64,000 bases of DNA from the NCBI GenBank assembly GCA_001794635.1, contig MGKE01000007.1:8774-72773 (forward strand), read 5' to 3'. The position numbers and the translations under genes are program-made. A model generated the notes under the pieces. The model was not told the origin of the DNA. It worked only from the letters and a program-made list of their open reading frames with translations, and made no database searches. Origin of the DNA: Candidatus Yanofskybacteria bacterium RIFCSPLOWO2_01_FULL_39_28 (GTDB lineage: Bacteria > Patescibacteriota > Minisyncoccia > 2-02-FULL-40-12 > GWA2-44-9). Of this stretch, positions 31,632-41,363 are shown one piece after another (the stretch's first letter is position 1; each line of letters opens with the position of its first letter).

Positions 31632-31698
31632 AAATTTATTTTATCAAACCTTCTATCAAAGCACTTAATAACTTGACGATTTTTTGAATTCCGAATTT

Positions 31699-31786
31699 TG
31701 GCGGAGGCGGAGCGATTCGAACGCTCGATACCTTGCGGTATACTCGCTTTCCAAGCGAGCGCACTAGACCACTATGCGACGCCTCC
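31699..31786 (-). tRNA. tRNA-Ser(GGA), CCA encoded
   Basis: Acceptor GGAGGCG/CGCCUCC, anticodon arm CUCGC-UUGGAAA-GCGAG, long variable arm UAUACCGCAAGGUAUC, T arm GAGCG-UUCGAAU-CGCUC, then GCCA. Confidence 0.9.
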
Positions 31787-31845
31787 AAATAAAATCATGA
31801 TACTATCTTTTAAAATTACCAACAATATTACCAACTATGATGTGT

Positions 31846-31875
31846 CTTATAATTGTGCATATGCACAATTATAAG
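31846..31875. repeat. 30-nt perfect palindrome, 17 nt downstream of PaaX-like gene A
   Basis: CTTATAATTGTGCAT|ATGCACAATTATAAG. Near-copy of the palindrome at 32471-32512. Confidence 0.95.
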
Positions 31876-31892
31876 CAACTTTAAATATGCTT

Positions 31893-32420
31893 TTATAGAT
31901 TGTAATATCTCTTTAATTCTTCTTCCCTAGAACCAATGGAATTTGCCACGATAACATCTACATAATCAAATAAACCAAGTTGTTTGCATAAATCTCCAAG
32001 TTCTTCCTCGCACTTATAAGGAATAGTGAAAACACTTTTTTGCAGTATTTGAAAATCAAGATTTTTTAATCTGCTTCTTAGCCAGTTTCTTTCTTTATTC
32101 AAAGAATTTGGAATATCAAAAATAATCACTCGCCACTTATTGTCCCATCTTTTGTTTTTATTTTTTAAAGCAAAGTACTTAATTCTGGAATATTTAAACC
32201 AACCTATTCCTTGTTGTGTGAACTTATAACTATCTCCTCTCAAATTGGATAAAAAACCTCTGCCCTCCAGGTTTGTTAAACCCTTGCGAAATCTTTTATA
32301 TTCTGGCCCACTTACATGCCAACCTTTATAATAAATTGGTTGCCACTGCCACGTATCGTAAACATCAATGCCAAATCCTCCAATTGACTTAATTAATTTT
32401 AATACAAAATCTCCTTTCAT
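31893..32420 (-). CDS. PaaX-like protein: winged helix + Cas2-like-fold domain (gene A)
   Basis: KWRVIIFDIPNSLNKERNWLRSRLKNLDFQILQKSVFTIPY is the beta-alpha-beta pattern of the PaaX central Cas2-like domain. The N-terminal part is wHTH-like (FRKGLTNLEGRGFL). Confidence 0.7.
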   Translation of the reverse strand: MKGDFVLKLIKSIGGFGIDVYDTWQWQPIYYKGWHVSGPEYKRFRKGLTNLEGRGFLSNLRGDSYKFTQQGIGWFKYSRIKYFALKNKNKRWDNKWRVIIFDIPNSLNKERNWLRSRLKNLDFQILQKSVFTIPYKCEEELGDLCKQLGLFDYVDVIVANSIGSREEELKRYYNL

Positions 32421-32470
32421 GTTTAAACTTATAGTTTAATCGTAACTTTAAACTCATATTAACACTTCAT

Positions 32471-32512
32471 CAGTGTCTTATAATTATGCATATGCATAAT
32501 TATAAGACACTG
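32471..32512. repeat. 42-nt perfect palindrome, 50 nt upstream of PaaX-like gene A
   Basis: CAGTGTCTTATAATTATGCAT|ATGCATAATTATAAGACACTG equals its own reverse complement. Confidence 0.95.
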
Positions 32513-32556
32513 TGTTCTATATTGCAATACCCACCAGTGGAAATAAAAAGAGCTTT

Positions 32557-33147
32557 TTATAAGCTCTTTATTTTTTCTGCCAATTTTGAATAGAGTTCTC
32601 GCCGATGATTAATCTGCTCATGCTCTTCGTGGGTCAGCTCCTGATAGAGTTTTTTGAATCTTGGTATCCAGAAGATTGACCTAAACGGATAGCCAGGTTC
32701 ACATTTTATTCTCTGCTCCTCGGTAATAAAACCTTCAGTACTCCCCCTTTCAATTATCAAATTCTTTCCGTCATAGTAAGCACCGACGGCAATTAAGCGC
32801 GTTGTTCTTTTCTCCCACGGAATACCCTGCAGTTTGGCCAAAGCCGTATCAATCATTTCTTGGTCAGTCATCTCATATCCCAGCCAGCGACGGGATTTAA
32901 CCCCAGGTTCCCCCCCATTCAAAAAATCAATCTCCAATCCAGCATCGTCAGCCACGCAAGGAATACCAGACCATTTAAAATACGCCTTGGCTTTCAAAAT
33001 TGCATTTTCTTCAAACGTATTGCCGGTTTCCTCAATATCAGGAGCATCGGACAAGTCTTTAAGTGAGCTAACCTCGAAGTCTGTACCTAGAAACATGCCA
33101 ATTTCCTTAGCTTTGCCGGGATTTTTTGTCGCAACCAATATTCTCAT
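32557..33147 (-). CDS. rdgB: Non-canonical purine NTP pyrophosphatase (RdgB/HAM1 family)
   Basis: ILVATKNPGK..E, ETG.TFEENA.LKA, ADD(A/S)GLE, FRS.F motifs. Confidence 0.9.
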   Translation of the reverse strand: MRILVATKNPGKAKEIGMFLGTDFEVSSLKDLSDAPDIEETGNTFEENAILKAKAYFKWSGIPCVADDAGLEIDFLNGGEPGVKSRRWLGYEMTDQEMIDTALAKLQGIPWEKRTTRLIAVGAYYDGKNLIIERGSTEGFITEEQRIKCEPGYPFRSIFWIPRFKKLYQELTHEEHEQINHRRELYSKLAEKIKSL

Positions 33148-33184
33148 GGATTCCCTTTTTTAAATTAGCTGAGGTAATTCTAGC

Positions 33185-34087
33185 CTAGACTTTCATTCCT
33201 CGCAAGATTTTTATTCTTTCTTCCAGTGGAGGATGGGTCATAAATAGTTTGGCGAACCAATTAGCACCTTCTTTGCCTTTAAATGGGTTTGAAATAAAAA
33301 GATGAGCGGTGCCATTATGGGCGAATCGAGCCGGCACTTGGTCTTGGCCGATTTTTTGAAGTGCGCTAGCCAAGCCTTCGGGGTAACGAGTCAGCAAGGC
33401 ACCGGAAGCATCAGCTAAAAATTCCCTCTTCCTTGAAACGGCAAGTTGAATTATCATTGCCGCAATCGGAGCCAGAATAGCGGCGACAAGACCGATAAGC
33501 AAAACTATTCCTCCCCCGCCACGATTATCACGATCTCCGCCAAAAGAACCATGGAATGTTGCCCTTAAAATAATATCGGAGAGAATTGATATAAGTCCGG
33601 CCATCACAACTACAATTGTAGAAACTAGGATATCTCTGTTGCCGATATGGGATATCTCATGAGCCAAAACGCCTTCTAGTTCTTCATTCTGAAGTTTCTG
33701 GATTGCTCCAGTAGTGAGAGCAATGGCCGCATGTTGAGGATTCCGACCGGTAGCAAAAGCATTGATTTGAGGAGAATCAATTAAATAAATTCTGGGCAGA
33801 GGCAAGCCAGCTGTAATACACAAATTCTCAACCATCCGACAAATATATTCGTGGCCTTCCCGCTTAATCGGCCGGGCACAAGACATGGCTAAAGCTATCT
33901 TATCTGACTTCCAGTAGGCAAAAAGGTTCATGCCGATGCTTAAAAAAACGGCAATATATAAAATCTCCGGCGCCTGCCAGACATAAGAAATCCCCCAGCC
34001 AAAAATTATGATAAACAGAAAAAATCCAGTCATCAGCAACCATGTCTTTCTGATATTAGAATCCTTTTGTTGGTATAGATTTGCCAT
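33185..34087 (-). CDS. htpX: Zinc metalloprotease HtpX (M48)
   Basis: HEISHIGNRD zinc motif, four TM segments, C-terminal THPPLEERI. Confidence 0.95.
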   Translation of the reverse strand: MANLYQQKDSNIRKTWLLMTGFFLFIIIFGWGISYVWQAPEILYIAVFLSIGMNLFAYWKSDKIALAMSCARPIKREGHEYICRMVENLCITAGLPLPRIYLIDSPQINAFATGRNPQHAAIALTTGAIQKLQNEELEGVLAHEISHIGNRDILVSTIVVVMAGLISILSDIILRATFHGSFGGDRDNRGGGGIVLLIGLVAAILAPIAAMIIQLAVSRKREFLADASGALLTRYPEGLASALQKIGQDQVPARFAHNGTAHLFISNPFKGKEGANWFAKLFMTHPPLEERIKILRGMKV

Positions 34088-34095
34088 ATTGATTT

Positions 34096-34330
34096 AGTAA
34101 AATTGTTTCTCACCATTTTCTCAACCGGTGCTCCAGGATAGACAAACAATAGCTTTAAAACCTCCGGAAGCCTTCGGGAATTCCTTCATCTCTGTAAATT
34201 AGATGATTTTAATCAAATCATGATTTACAGGATTCAGTCAGTTCCCGCTTTCCTGTCGGTTTAAGGTAAAGCTTTGTTTGTAGCTATCCCTCCCGCAATG
34301 GTTTCGAAAATGATACGAAACAATTTTACT
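34096..34330. ncRNA. Unclassified 235-nt rod-like structured element (candidate ncRNA or htpX leader)
   Basis: Perfect 14-bp closing stem AGTAAAATTGTTTC/GAAACAATTTTACT. Inward are CATTTTC/GAAAATG, AACC/GGTT, GGATAG/CTATCC, ACAAACAA/TTGTTTGT and AGCTTTA/TAAAGCT, then a central open region and an apical stem CTGTAAAT..ATGATTT/AAATCAT..ATTTACAG. Confidence 0.4.
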
Positions 34331-34411
34331 CAAACTTTTTATCTGTAAAAAACATCTGACTGCTCTAAAAAAATACGGCCTGCAAAATGGGGAGGGGTTC
34401 ACAAATAATGT

Positions 34412-35347
34412 TCAATTTATAACATTCTGAGGATTGCCATTTGCTAGGGCAATCATATTCTCTACCCAAATTTCCATAAGATTATCAAGCGATTCCTGAG
34501 TATGCCATGCCATTGCCGGTAAAGCCCAAACATTTCCTTCGTAAGCTCCAATTTCCTTAGTGTTATCCCCTTCAAAAGCATACCCGGCAATTTCTTCTTT
34601 ATTTACCTTATTTAAAATATAATCTTCGTCCCACAAGACTTTAACCCTACCGATCCCAATCAAAATTGCCGTAGACTTCACGGAATCAAGTAATTTTTTG
34701 GTTATAATTTGTTTTGTCTCAGAGTTTTCAACCAAAGCCGGCATTATAACATCGGCTGTTTCAAACAATTCATCAAGCTCTACTTTTCTAAAACGATCAT
34801 CTCTGGACTTTCTTGACCAATAAACAACCTCCATTCCTATACCCTGACAAACTTCGGCCATCTTTTTACCAATTCTTCCTAATCCAATCACACCAGCTCT
34901 TTTTCCTTTCAACAGCATCGGCTTAGAATAATCCCAATCTATCTTCCAATTATTTTTAATAATTATAGGCAATCTTCTGGAAACATCAATTGCCATTGCA
35001 ACTGCATATTCGGCAACAGCGTCTGAAGAGAATCCTGGAACATTACATGCAAGCACTCCTATTTCTTTTAGAATTTGTGGCTTAATCCAATCAAATGATG
35101 TAGAAGAACTCATAACTGCTTTTACCCCAGATAGATCTTTCACGGTTTCTGCATCAAAATCCCAATCAAATACATCTGGATCAACAGCTAATATTTTATC
35201 GTCCTTGTCTTTCTTAAGTTGCTCTATATCCTGGAGCTTCCCTTGATGTCTTATAATTTCTATTGTTCCAAAAGAACCCAATTTATCTAATAAGATCTTT
35301 GATGGCAATATTGCTTTATCTTTTGGAACAATAAAATAAAACTTCAT
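34412..35347 (-). CDS. D-isomer-specific 2-hydroxyacid dehydrogenase family protein
   Basis: NAD-binding GVIGLGRIGKKMA. Catalytic-domain layout typical of the family. Confidence 0.85.
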   Translation of the reverse strand: MKFYFIVPKDKAILPSKILLDKLGSFGTIEIIRHQGKLQDIEQLKKDKDDKILAVDPDVFDWDFDAETVKDLSGVKAVMSSSTSFDWIKPQILKEIGVLACNVPGFSSDAVAEYAVAMAIDVSRRLPIIIKNNWKIDWDYSKPMLLKGKRAGVIGLGRIGKKMAEVCQGIGMEVVYWSRKSRDDRFRKVELDELFETADVIMPALVENSETKQIITKKLLDSVKSTAILIGIGRVKVLWDEDYILNKVNKEEIAGYAFEGDNTKEIGAYEGNVWALPAMAWHTQESLDNLMEIWVENMIALANGNPQNVIN

Positions 35348-35365
35348 ATTTTATTTAAAATTTTT

Positions 35366-35606
35366 AAAATCCCACAGCCCCATCTCATCTGAATCAATAC
35401 AACGAATAGATAGTCATTAAGGAGCAGAGGTTATATTTTCCTGGGAGTCCAATGGGGGTGGTCAGGCTCGGTCGGGATTTTGGCCGATCCGCATGGCCTG
35501 ACCGGGGACAACCACCATTGGTCAGAGAAAATATAACCTCTGCGACTGTAAGGACTCCATGAGGCGTAGTCCTTTGATGAAGATGAGGTGGGTCGAGAGG
35601 GATTTT
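35366..35606. ncRNA. Unclassified 241-nt rod-like structured element (candidate ncRNA or leader)
   Basis: Closing stems AAAATCCC/GGGATTTT and CATCTCATC/GATGAGGTG. A perfect 17-bp duplex pairs 35424-35440 with 35527-35543. Further in are CCAATGG/CCATTGG and GTCAGGC/GCCTGAC around a GC-rich apex. Confidence 0.4.
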
Positions 35607-35619
35607 AAAAAACTGGAAA

Positions 35620-36174
35620 TTAAAATTTTACCTGAACGGGTTCTCGGGCGGCTGATTCATTGAGTTGGAAGAATTCTTCTTTTTTGAAGCTGAACATGTT
35701 GGCGACAACATTGGTTGGGAACTGTTCAACTTGAGTATTAAGGGTCATGACATTGGTATTGTAAAATCTACGAGCGGCTTGGATCTTGTTTTCGGTGTCA
35801 GATAACTCATCTTGGAGCTTGGCGAATGACTCAACCGCTCTTAACTGAGGATAGGCCTCAGATAGGGCAAAAAGGCTCTTTAAAGCCCCGGAAAGCATGT
35901 TTTCGGCCTGTCCATGCTCTTTGACTGTTTGAGCGCTCATAGCCGCTGCCCGAGCATTAATAACTGCGTCCAAGGTCTGTTTCTCATGAGCCGCATAACC
36001 TTTTACCGTTTCAACCAGATTTGGTATTAGGTCGTAACGCCTCTTTAATTGGACATCTATATCCGACCACGATTCTTTAACCCTGTTTCGTGACCGAACC
36101 AGCATATTATATACTCCAGGAAACCAAATGATAATAATGACTATAATAACAGCTAAAATTATTGTAATATTCAT
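35620..36174 (-). CDS. lemA: LemA family protein
   Basis: N-terminal TM, YN.LV, W..IDVQLKRR.DLIPNLV, E.....AR..YN motifs. Confidence 0.9.
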   Translation of the reverse strand: MNITIILAVIIVIIIIWFPGVYNMLVRSRNRVKESWSDIDVQLKRRYDLIPNLVETVKGYAAHEKQTLDAVINARAAAMSAQTVKEHGQAENMLSGALKSLFALSEAYPQLRAVESFAKLQDELSDTENKIQAARRFYNTNVMTLNTQVEQFPTNVVANMFSFKKEEFFQLNESAAREPVQVKF

Positions 36175-36236
36175 AATAAATATATTTTATATAAATAGAT
36201 TAACTAGGTCAAACTAAAAAGAGGTAATAAACCTCT

Positions 36237-37466
36237 CTATTTACCGAAATATTTTCCAACTATCTCTAATCTACCGGTCCCGCAACCGACAAATTTAACA
36301 TGCAGAATATCCACAGTTTCAGGCAAACATTGTGACTCAATAACCGCCGCCCCCTCAGGAAGCTCTGTTGCCACCACATGAGGCCCGATATTATCGTAGA
36401 AATCCTCAAAACAGTTATTCACGTCGCCAGCATAAGGATCCACACCCTCAGGACAACTGTCTTGAACCGACTTTGTTCTTCTATTAATTACCTCGGCATG
36501 ATGCTCCATTTCAGCCCGACTTCTGGGATACATCGGCGGAGCGGTCCTGCCCGGATATTTGGTATCATCATAAGCCGCTTGAAATGTTGGGATAAACAGA
36601 TATTTCTTGCGAGTCTCTTTCTCAAAATTCTTGATGGTTTGATACCAAAGACCAGAACTCTCATCATATTTTTGAATCATACGAAGATAGTTATCCGAAT
36701 AAGGAACATCCTTTTCGTCTTTGTCAAAAACGAGAACGCCATACTCCATAAAGCCATCGAGAGCCCGGAGAGTCCTTAAGCCCTGCTTATCAGTTGGGGG
36801 ATTCATAACGCCAACAGAACCGATAAAAAACACCGGAAACCTAAACCTGGCAAGGTCCAATAATGAAGCGAAGTCACCTCGCATTTCTGTAGGAGCCCAC
36901 ATATAAATCACTGCCCGCCCATTCACCGTCACATAACGGCTTTGGTTTGGCAGAATAATATTTTTAATAAAAAATTCTATATCCTGCATAAAAGCCTGGC
37001 GGTTTTTGGCCAAACTCATATTCTTGGACCCGTTGGGTTCAACGTAATTACAGTTGCCGTGAATATGCTCATAAAGAACAAAAAACGGTCTTTTAGTATT
37101 TAGGCTTAGGTAGTTGGCCAACCAATGGTTATAATCCAAGCAGACATTAAAATGCAGAATATCAGCCCCAGATCCAAAATTCTCAAACAGCCTTATCTGC
37201 TCAATCATTTGCCCAGGAGTTTGAGTTTCTCCGGGAGTAAATAGTTCCGCCACCGGATGAACCGTAGAAACTTTGGGGAGATAATGCCAAGGAGTAATAC
37301 TGGCAAACCAACCGTTCAAACTGGTTGCCGTTATTTCTACACCCTTTATTGGGCCCATGGTTTCAACTCTCGAACTGTCAGATAATTGCCCTTCTGCCTG
37401 GACACAAATAACCACCCCAAAAATCAAGGCTAAACAGTTAAGGCGGGCGAGTATTTTTTTGGACAA
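36237..37466 (-). CDS. Secreted hypothetical protein (409 aa)
   Basis: Signal peptide LALIFGVVICVQAEG. Possibly a glycoside-hydrolase-like barrel, but I cannot support a family. Confidence 0.75.
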   Translation of the reverse strand: MSKKILARLNCLALIFGVVICVQAEGQLSDSSRVETMGPIKGVEITATSLNGWFASITPWHYLPKVSTVHPVAELFTPGETQTPGQMIEQIRLFENFGSGADILHFNVCLDYNHWLANYLSLNTKRPFFVLYEHIHGNCNYVEPNGSKNMSLAKNRQAFMQDIEFFIKNIILPNQSRYVTVNGRAVIYMWAPTEMRGDFASLLDLARFRFPVFFIGSVGVMNPPTDKQGLRTLRALDGFMEYGVLVFDKDEKDVPYSDNYLRMIQKYDESSGLWYQTIKNFEKETRKKYLFIPTFQAAYDDTKYPGRTAPPMYPRSRAEMEHHAEVINRRTKSVQDSCPEGVDPYAGDVNNCFEDFYDNIGPHVVATELPEGAAVIESQCLPETVDILHVKFVGCGTGRLEIVGKYFGK

Positions 37467-37544
37467 GCCCTATCCTCTTACTAATTGTTAAAGATTGGTA
37501 ATATATTAACACCTTAGAATACTAATAGCAATTACGGGTCGGCG

Positions 37545-39167
37545 TTATATTGATGATGCCCGCACAAACCCCAGAAATAAAGGGTGTGGGCTAAGGGGAC
37601 GAGATTTAAACTCCGGATGGAACTGGCTAGCAACAAAGAATTTGTGTTTTGGGATTTCAATAACTTCAACCAGATTTCCTTTTTTATGAATCCCCGAGAC
37701 CAGTAAACCATTCCTCTCCAAAATTTTACGATAAGTATTATTGACTTCATATCTATGACGATGCCTTTCAGATATTACATCCTGACCATACAAATTGTAG
37801 GCCAAGGTGCCCTTGACCAACCGGCACTCGTAAGCTCCTAATCTCATTGAACCGCCCAGATTTTTTTTTAAAATATTTTGGAACTGTTCTGGCATAGTGC
37901 AAATAACCGGCATGTTGGTTTTAGAATCAACTTCGGTCGTGTGAGCAGCTTTTAAACCGCAGGCATTACGAGCAAATTCAATTATCGCCAGCTGGAGACC
38001 ATAACACAGTCCCAAAAAAGGAATATTATTATTACGAACATAATTAATCGCTAGAATTTTGCCCTCAACTCCCCTTTTACCAAATCCGCCAGGAACAATT
38101 ATGCCATCAAATTTCTTAAGTTCCTCTAATGCGGCAGGTGTTTTTTCATAAGTTTCAGCGCTAAGCCAAGTTATTTCTGGTTTTCTGCCTAAAAACCAAG
38201 CTGCATGCTTAATCGCTTCAATAACTGAAAGATAAGAATCTGATAAAATAAAGTCTCCGGTGCCAAAATATTTTCCGACAATTCCTATTTTGACTGATTT
38301 CTTAGAAGAGCGAATGTTTTCAACCAACTTGTGCCATCTTCGCAAATTTTTAACTTTTGATTTTAAATTTAATTTCTGAAGAATTATTTTACCCAAATTA
38401 TCTTTTTCAAAATTTACTGGAACTTCATAGATGGAGCTGATATCAGGCGCCGAAATCACCGCCTCCGGACGGACATTGCAGAATATTGAGACTTTCTGTT
38501 TTCTGATTTCATCCAAAGGCTGGGAAGAACGGGCAATAATAACATCTGGCTGAATACCGGCGGAGTTCATCGCCCGAACCGCATGCTGGGTCGGCTTAGT
38601 TTTCATTTCGCCGATCATTTTGGGAATGGGGAGATAACTTACGAGCATGAATAAAATCTGATCCGGCATTTTGAGCTTCATAATTCTTGCCGTTTCCAAA
38701 AAAAGAACATTTTCATACTCACCTACCGTTCCGCCTATTTCAACTAAAACAAAATCGGCTTGGCTTTTTTTGGCAACATTCATCAACCTTTTTTCTATCT
38801 CATCAGTAACATGCGGAATTATTTGAACGCATTTGCCGGAATAACCAAGGTTGCGTTCACGATTTATAACCGTTTGGTAAATCAAGCCGGAGGTCATATA
38901 GTTATCACGGAGAATATCTTGGTCAAGAAATCTTTCGTAGTTGCCCATATCCTGATCCGTTTCTATTCCGTCATCAGTCACAAAAACTTCTCCGTGTTCG
39001 GTCGGGTTCATCGTCCCGGCATCAACATTCAAATATGGATCTATCTTTACCGCCGTGACACTAAAACCATAATCCTTGAGAATCCGAGCCGTTGAAGCGA
39101 CGGTGATACCTTTTCCGATTCCAGACATAACTCCACCAGCTACAAATATGAAACGAGTTTTAACCAT
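37545..39167 (-). CDS. pyrG: CTP synthase
   Basis: FIFVAGGVMSGIGKG, glutamine amidotransferase GLCYGLQ..HRHRYEVN. Start placed at MVKTRF (39167). Confidence 0.95.
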   Translation of the reverse strand: MVKTRFIFVAGGVMSGIGKGITVASTARILKDYGFSVTAVKIDPYLNVDAGTMNPTEHGEVFVTDDGIETDQDMGNYERFLDQDILRDNYMTSGLIYQTVINRERNLGYSGKCVQIIPHVTDEIEKRLMNVAKKSQADFVLVEIGGTVGEYENVLFLETARIMKLKMPDQILFMLVSYLPIPKMIGEMKTKPTQHAVRAMNSAGIQPDVIIARSSQPLDEIRKQKVSIFCNVRPEAVISAPDISSIYEVPVNFEKDNLGKIILQKLNLKSKVKNLRRWHKLVENIRSSKKSVKIGIVGKYFGTGDFILSDSYLSVIEAIKHAAWFLGRKPEITWLSAETYEKTPAALEELKKFDGIIVPGGFGKRGVEGKILAINYVRNNNIPFLGLCYGLQLAIIEFARNACGLKAAHTTEVDSKTNMPVICTMPEQFQNILKKNLGGSMRLGAYECRLVKGTLAYNLYGQDVISERHRHRYEVNNTYRKILERNGLLVSGIHKKGNLVEVIEIPKHKFFVASQFHPEFKSRPLSPHPLFLGFVRASSI

Positions 39168-39196
39168 TTTTAAAATATAGCACAACCTCAAGAATC

Positions 39197-39221
39197 AAAA
39201 AGACCCCACTGGGGTCTTTTT
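39197..39221 (-). terminator. Intrinsic terminator after groEL
   Basis: AGACCCC-act-GGGGTCT flanked by an A-run and a T-run. Confidence 0.75.
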
Positions 39222-39223
39222 GA

Positions 39224-41153
<1,930 letters not shown>

Positions 41154-41157
41154 ATTT

Positions 41158-41185
41158 CATATAGCATATAGCATGTAACATGTAA
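41158..41185. repeat. Heptamer tandem block (CATATAG)x2(CATGTAA)x2 abutting the groES start
   Basis: Four consecutive 7-nt units of pattern CAT[A/G]TA[G/A], 4 nt upstream of the groES ATG on the coding strand. No Shine-Dalgarno is visible. Confidence 0.85.
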
Positions 41186-41241
41186 CAAGGGGATGGTATT
41201 TTGATACATGATTCATGATACATTAATTTTGATTTTTATTT

Positions 41242-41269
41242 TTAGTAGTCTGACTAGTTGAAGTACTAA
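41242..41269. promoter_or_regulatory. CIRCE-like inverted repeat (possible HrcA operator)
   Basis: TTAGTAGTC-N10-AAGTACTAA versus the consensus TTAGCACTC-N9-GAGTGCTAA (7/9 per arm, spacer one nt long). Lies ~90 nt upstream of groES. Confidence 0.4.
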
Positions 41270-41363
41270 CAGATGGTATTATATTCAAAAATAAAAATGA
41301 GTCAAGGGGGGGGGTAGAAACCTGACAAACTAAAAAGCTCTGCCAGGCAGAGCTTTCAAAAAT

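Noticed and set aside
34096-35606. Assigning the two rod-like elements to SRP RNA, RNase P RNA or tmRNA
   Set aside because: There is no GGAA-capped helix 8 with AGCAGC-type loops (SRP), no GAGGAAAGUCC-type P4 sequence (RNase P), and no tRNA-like end with CCA (tmRNA). A 6S-like fold remains possible but unproven, so they are left unclassified.
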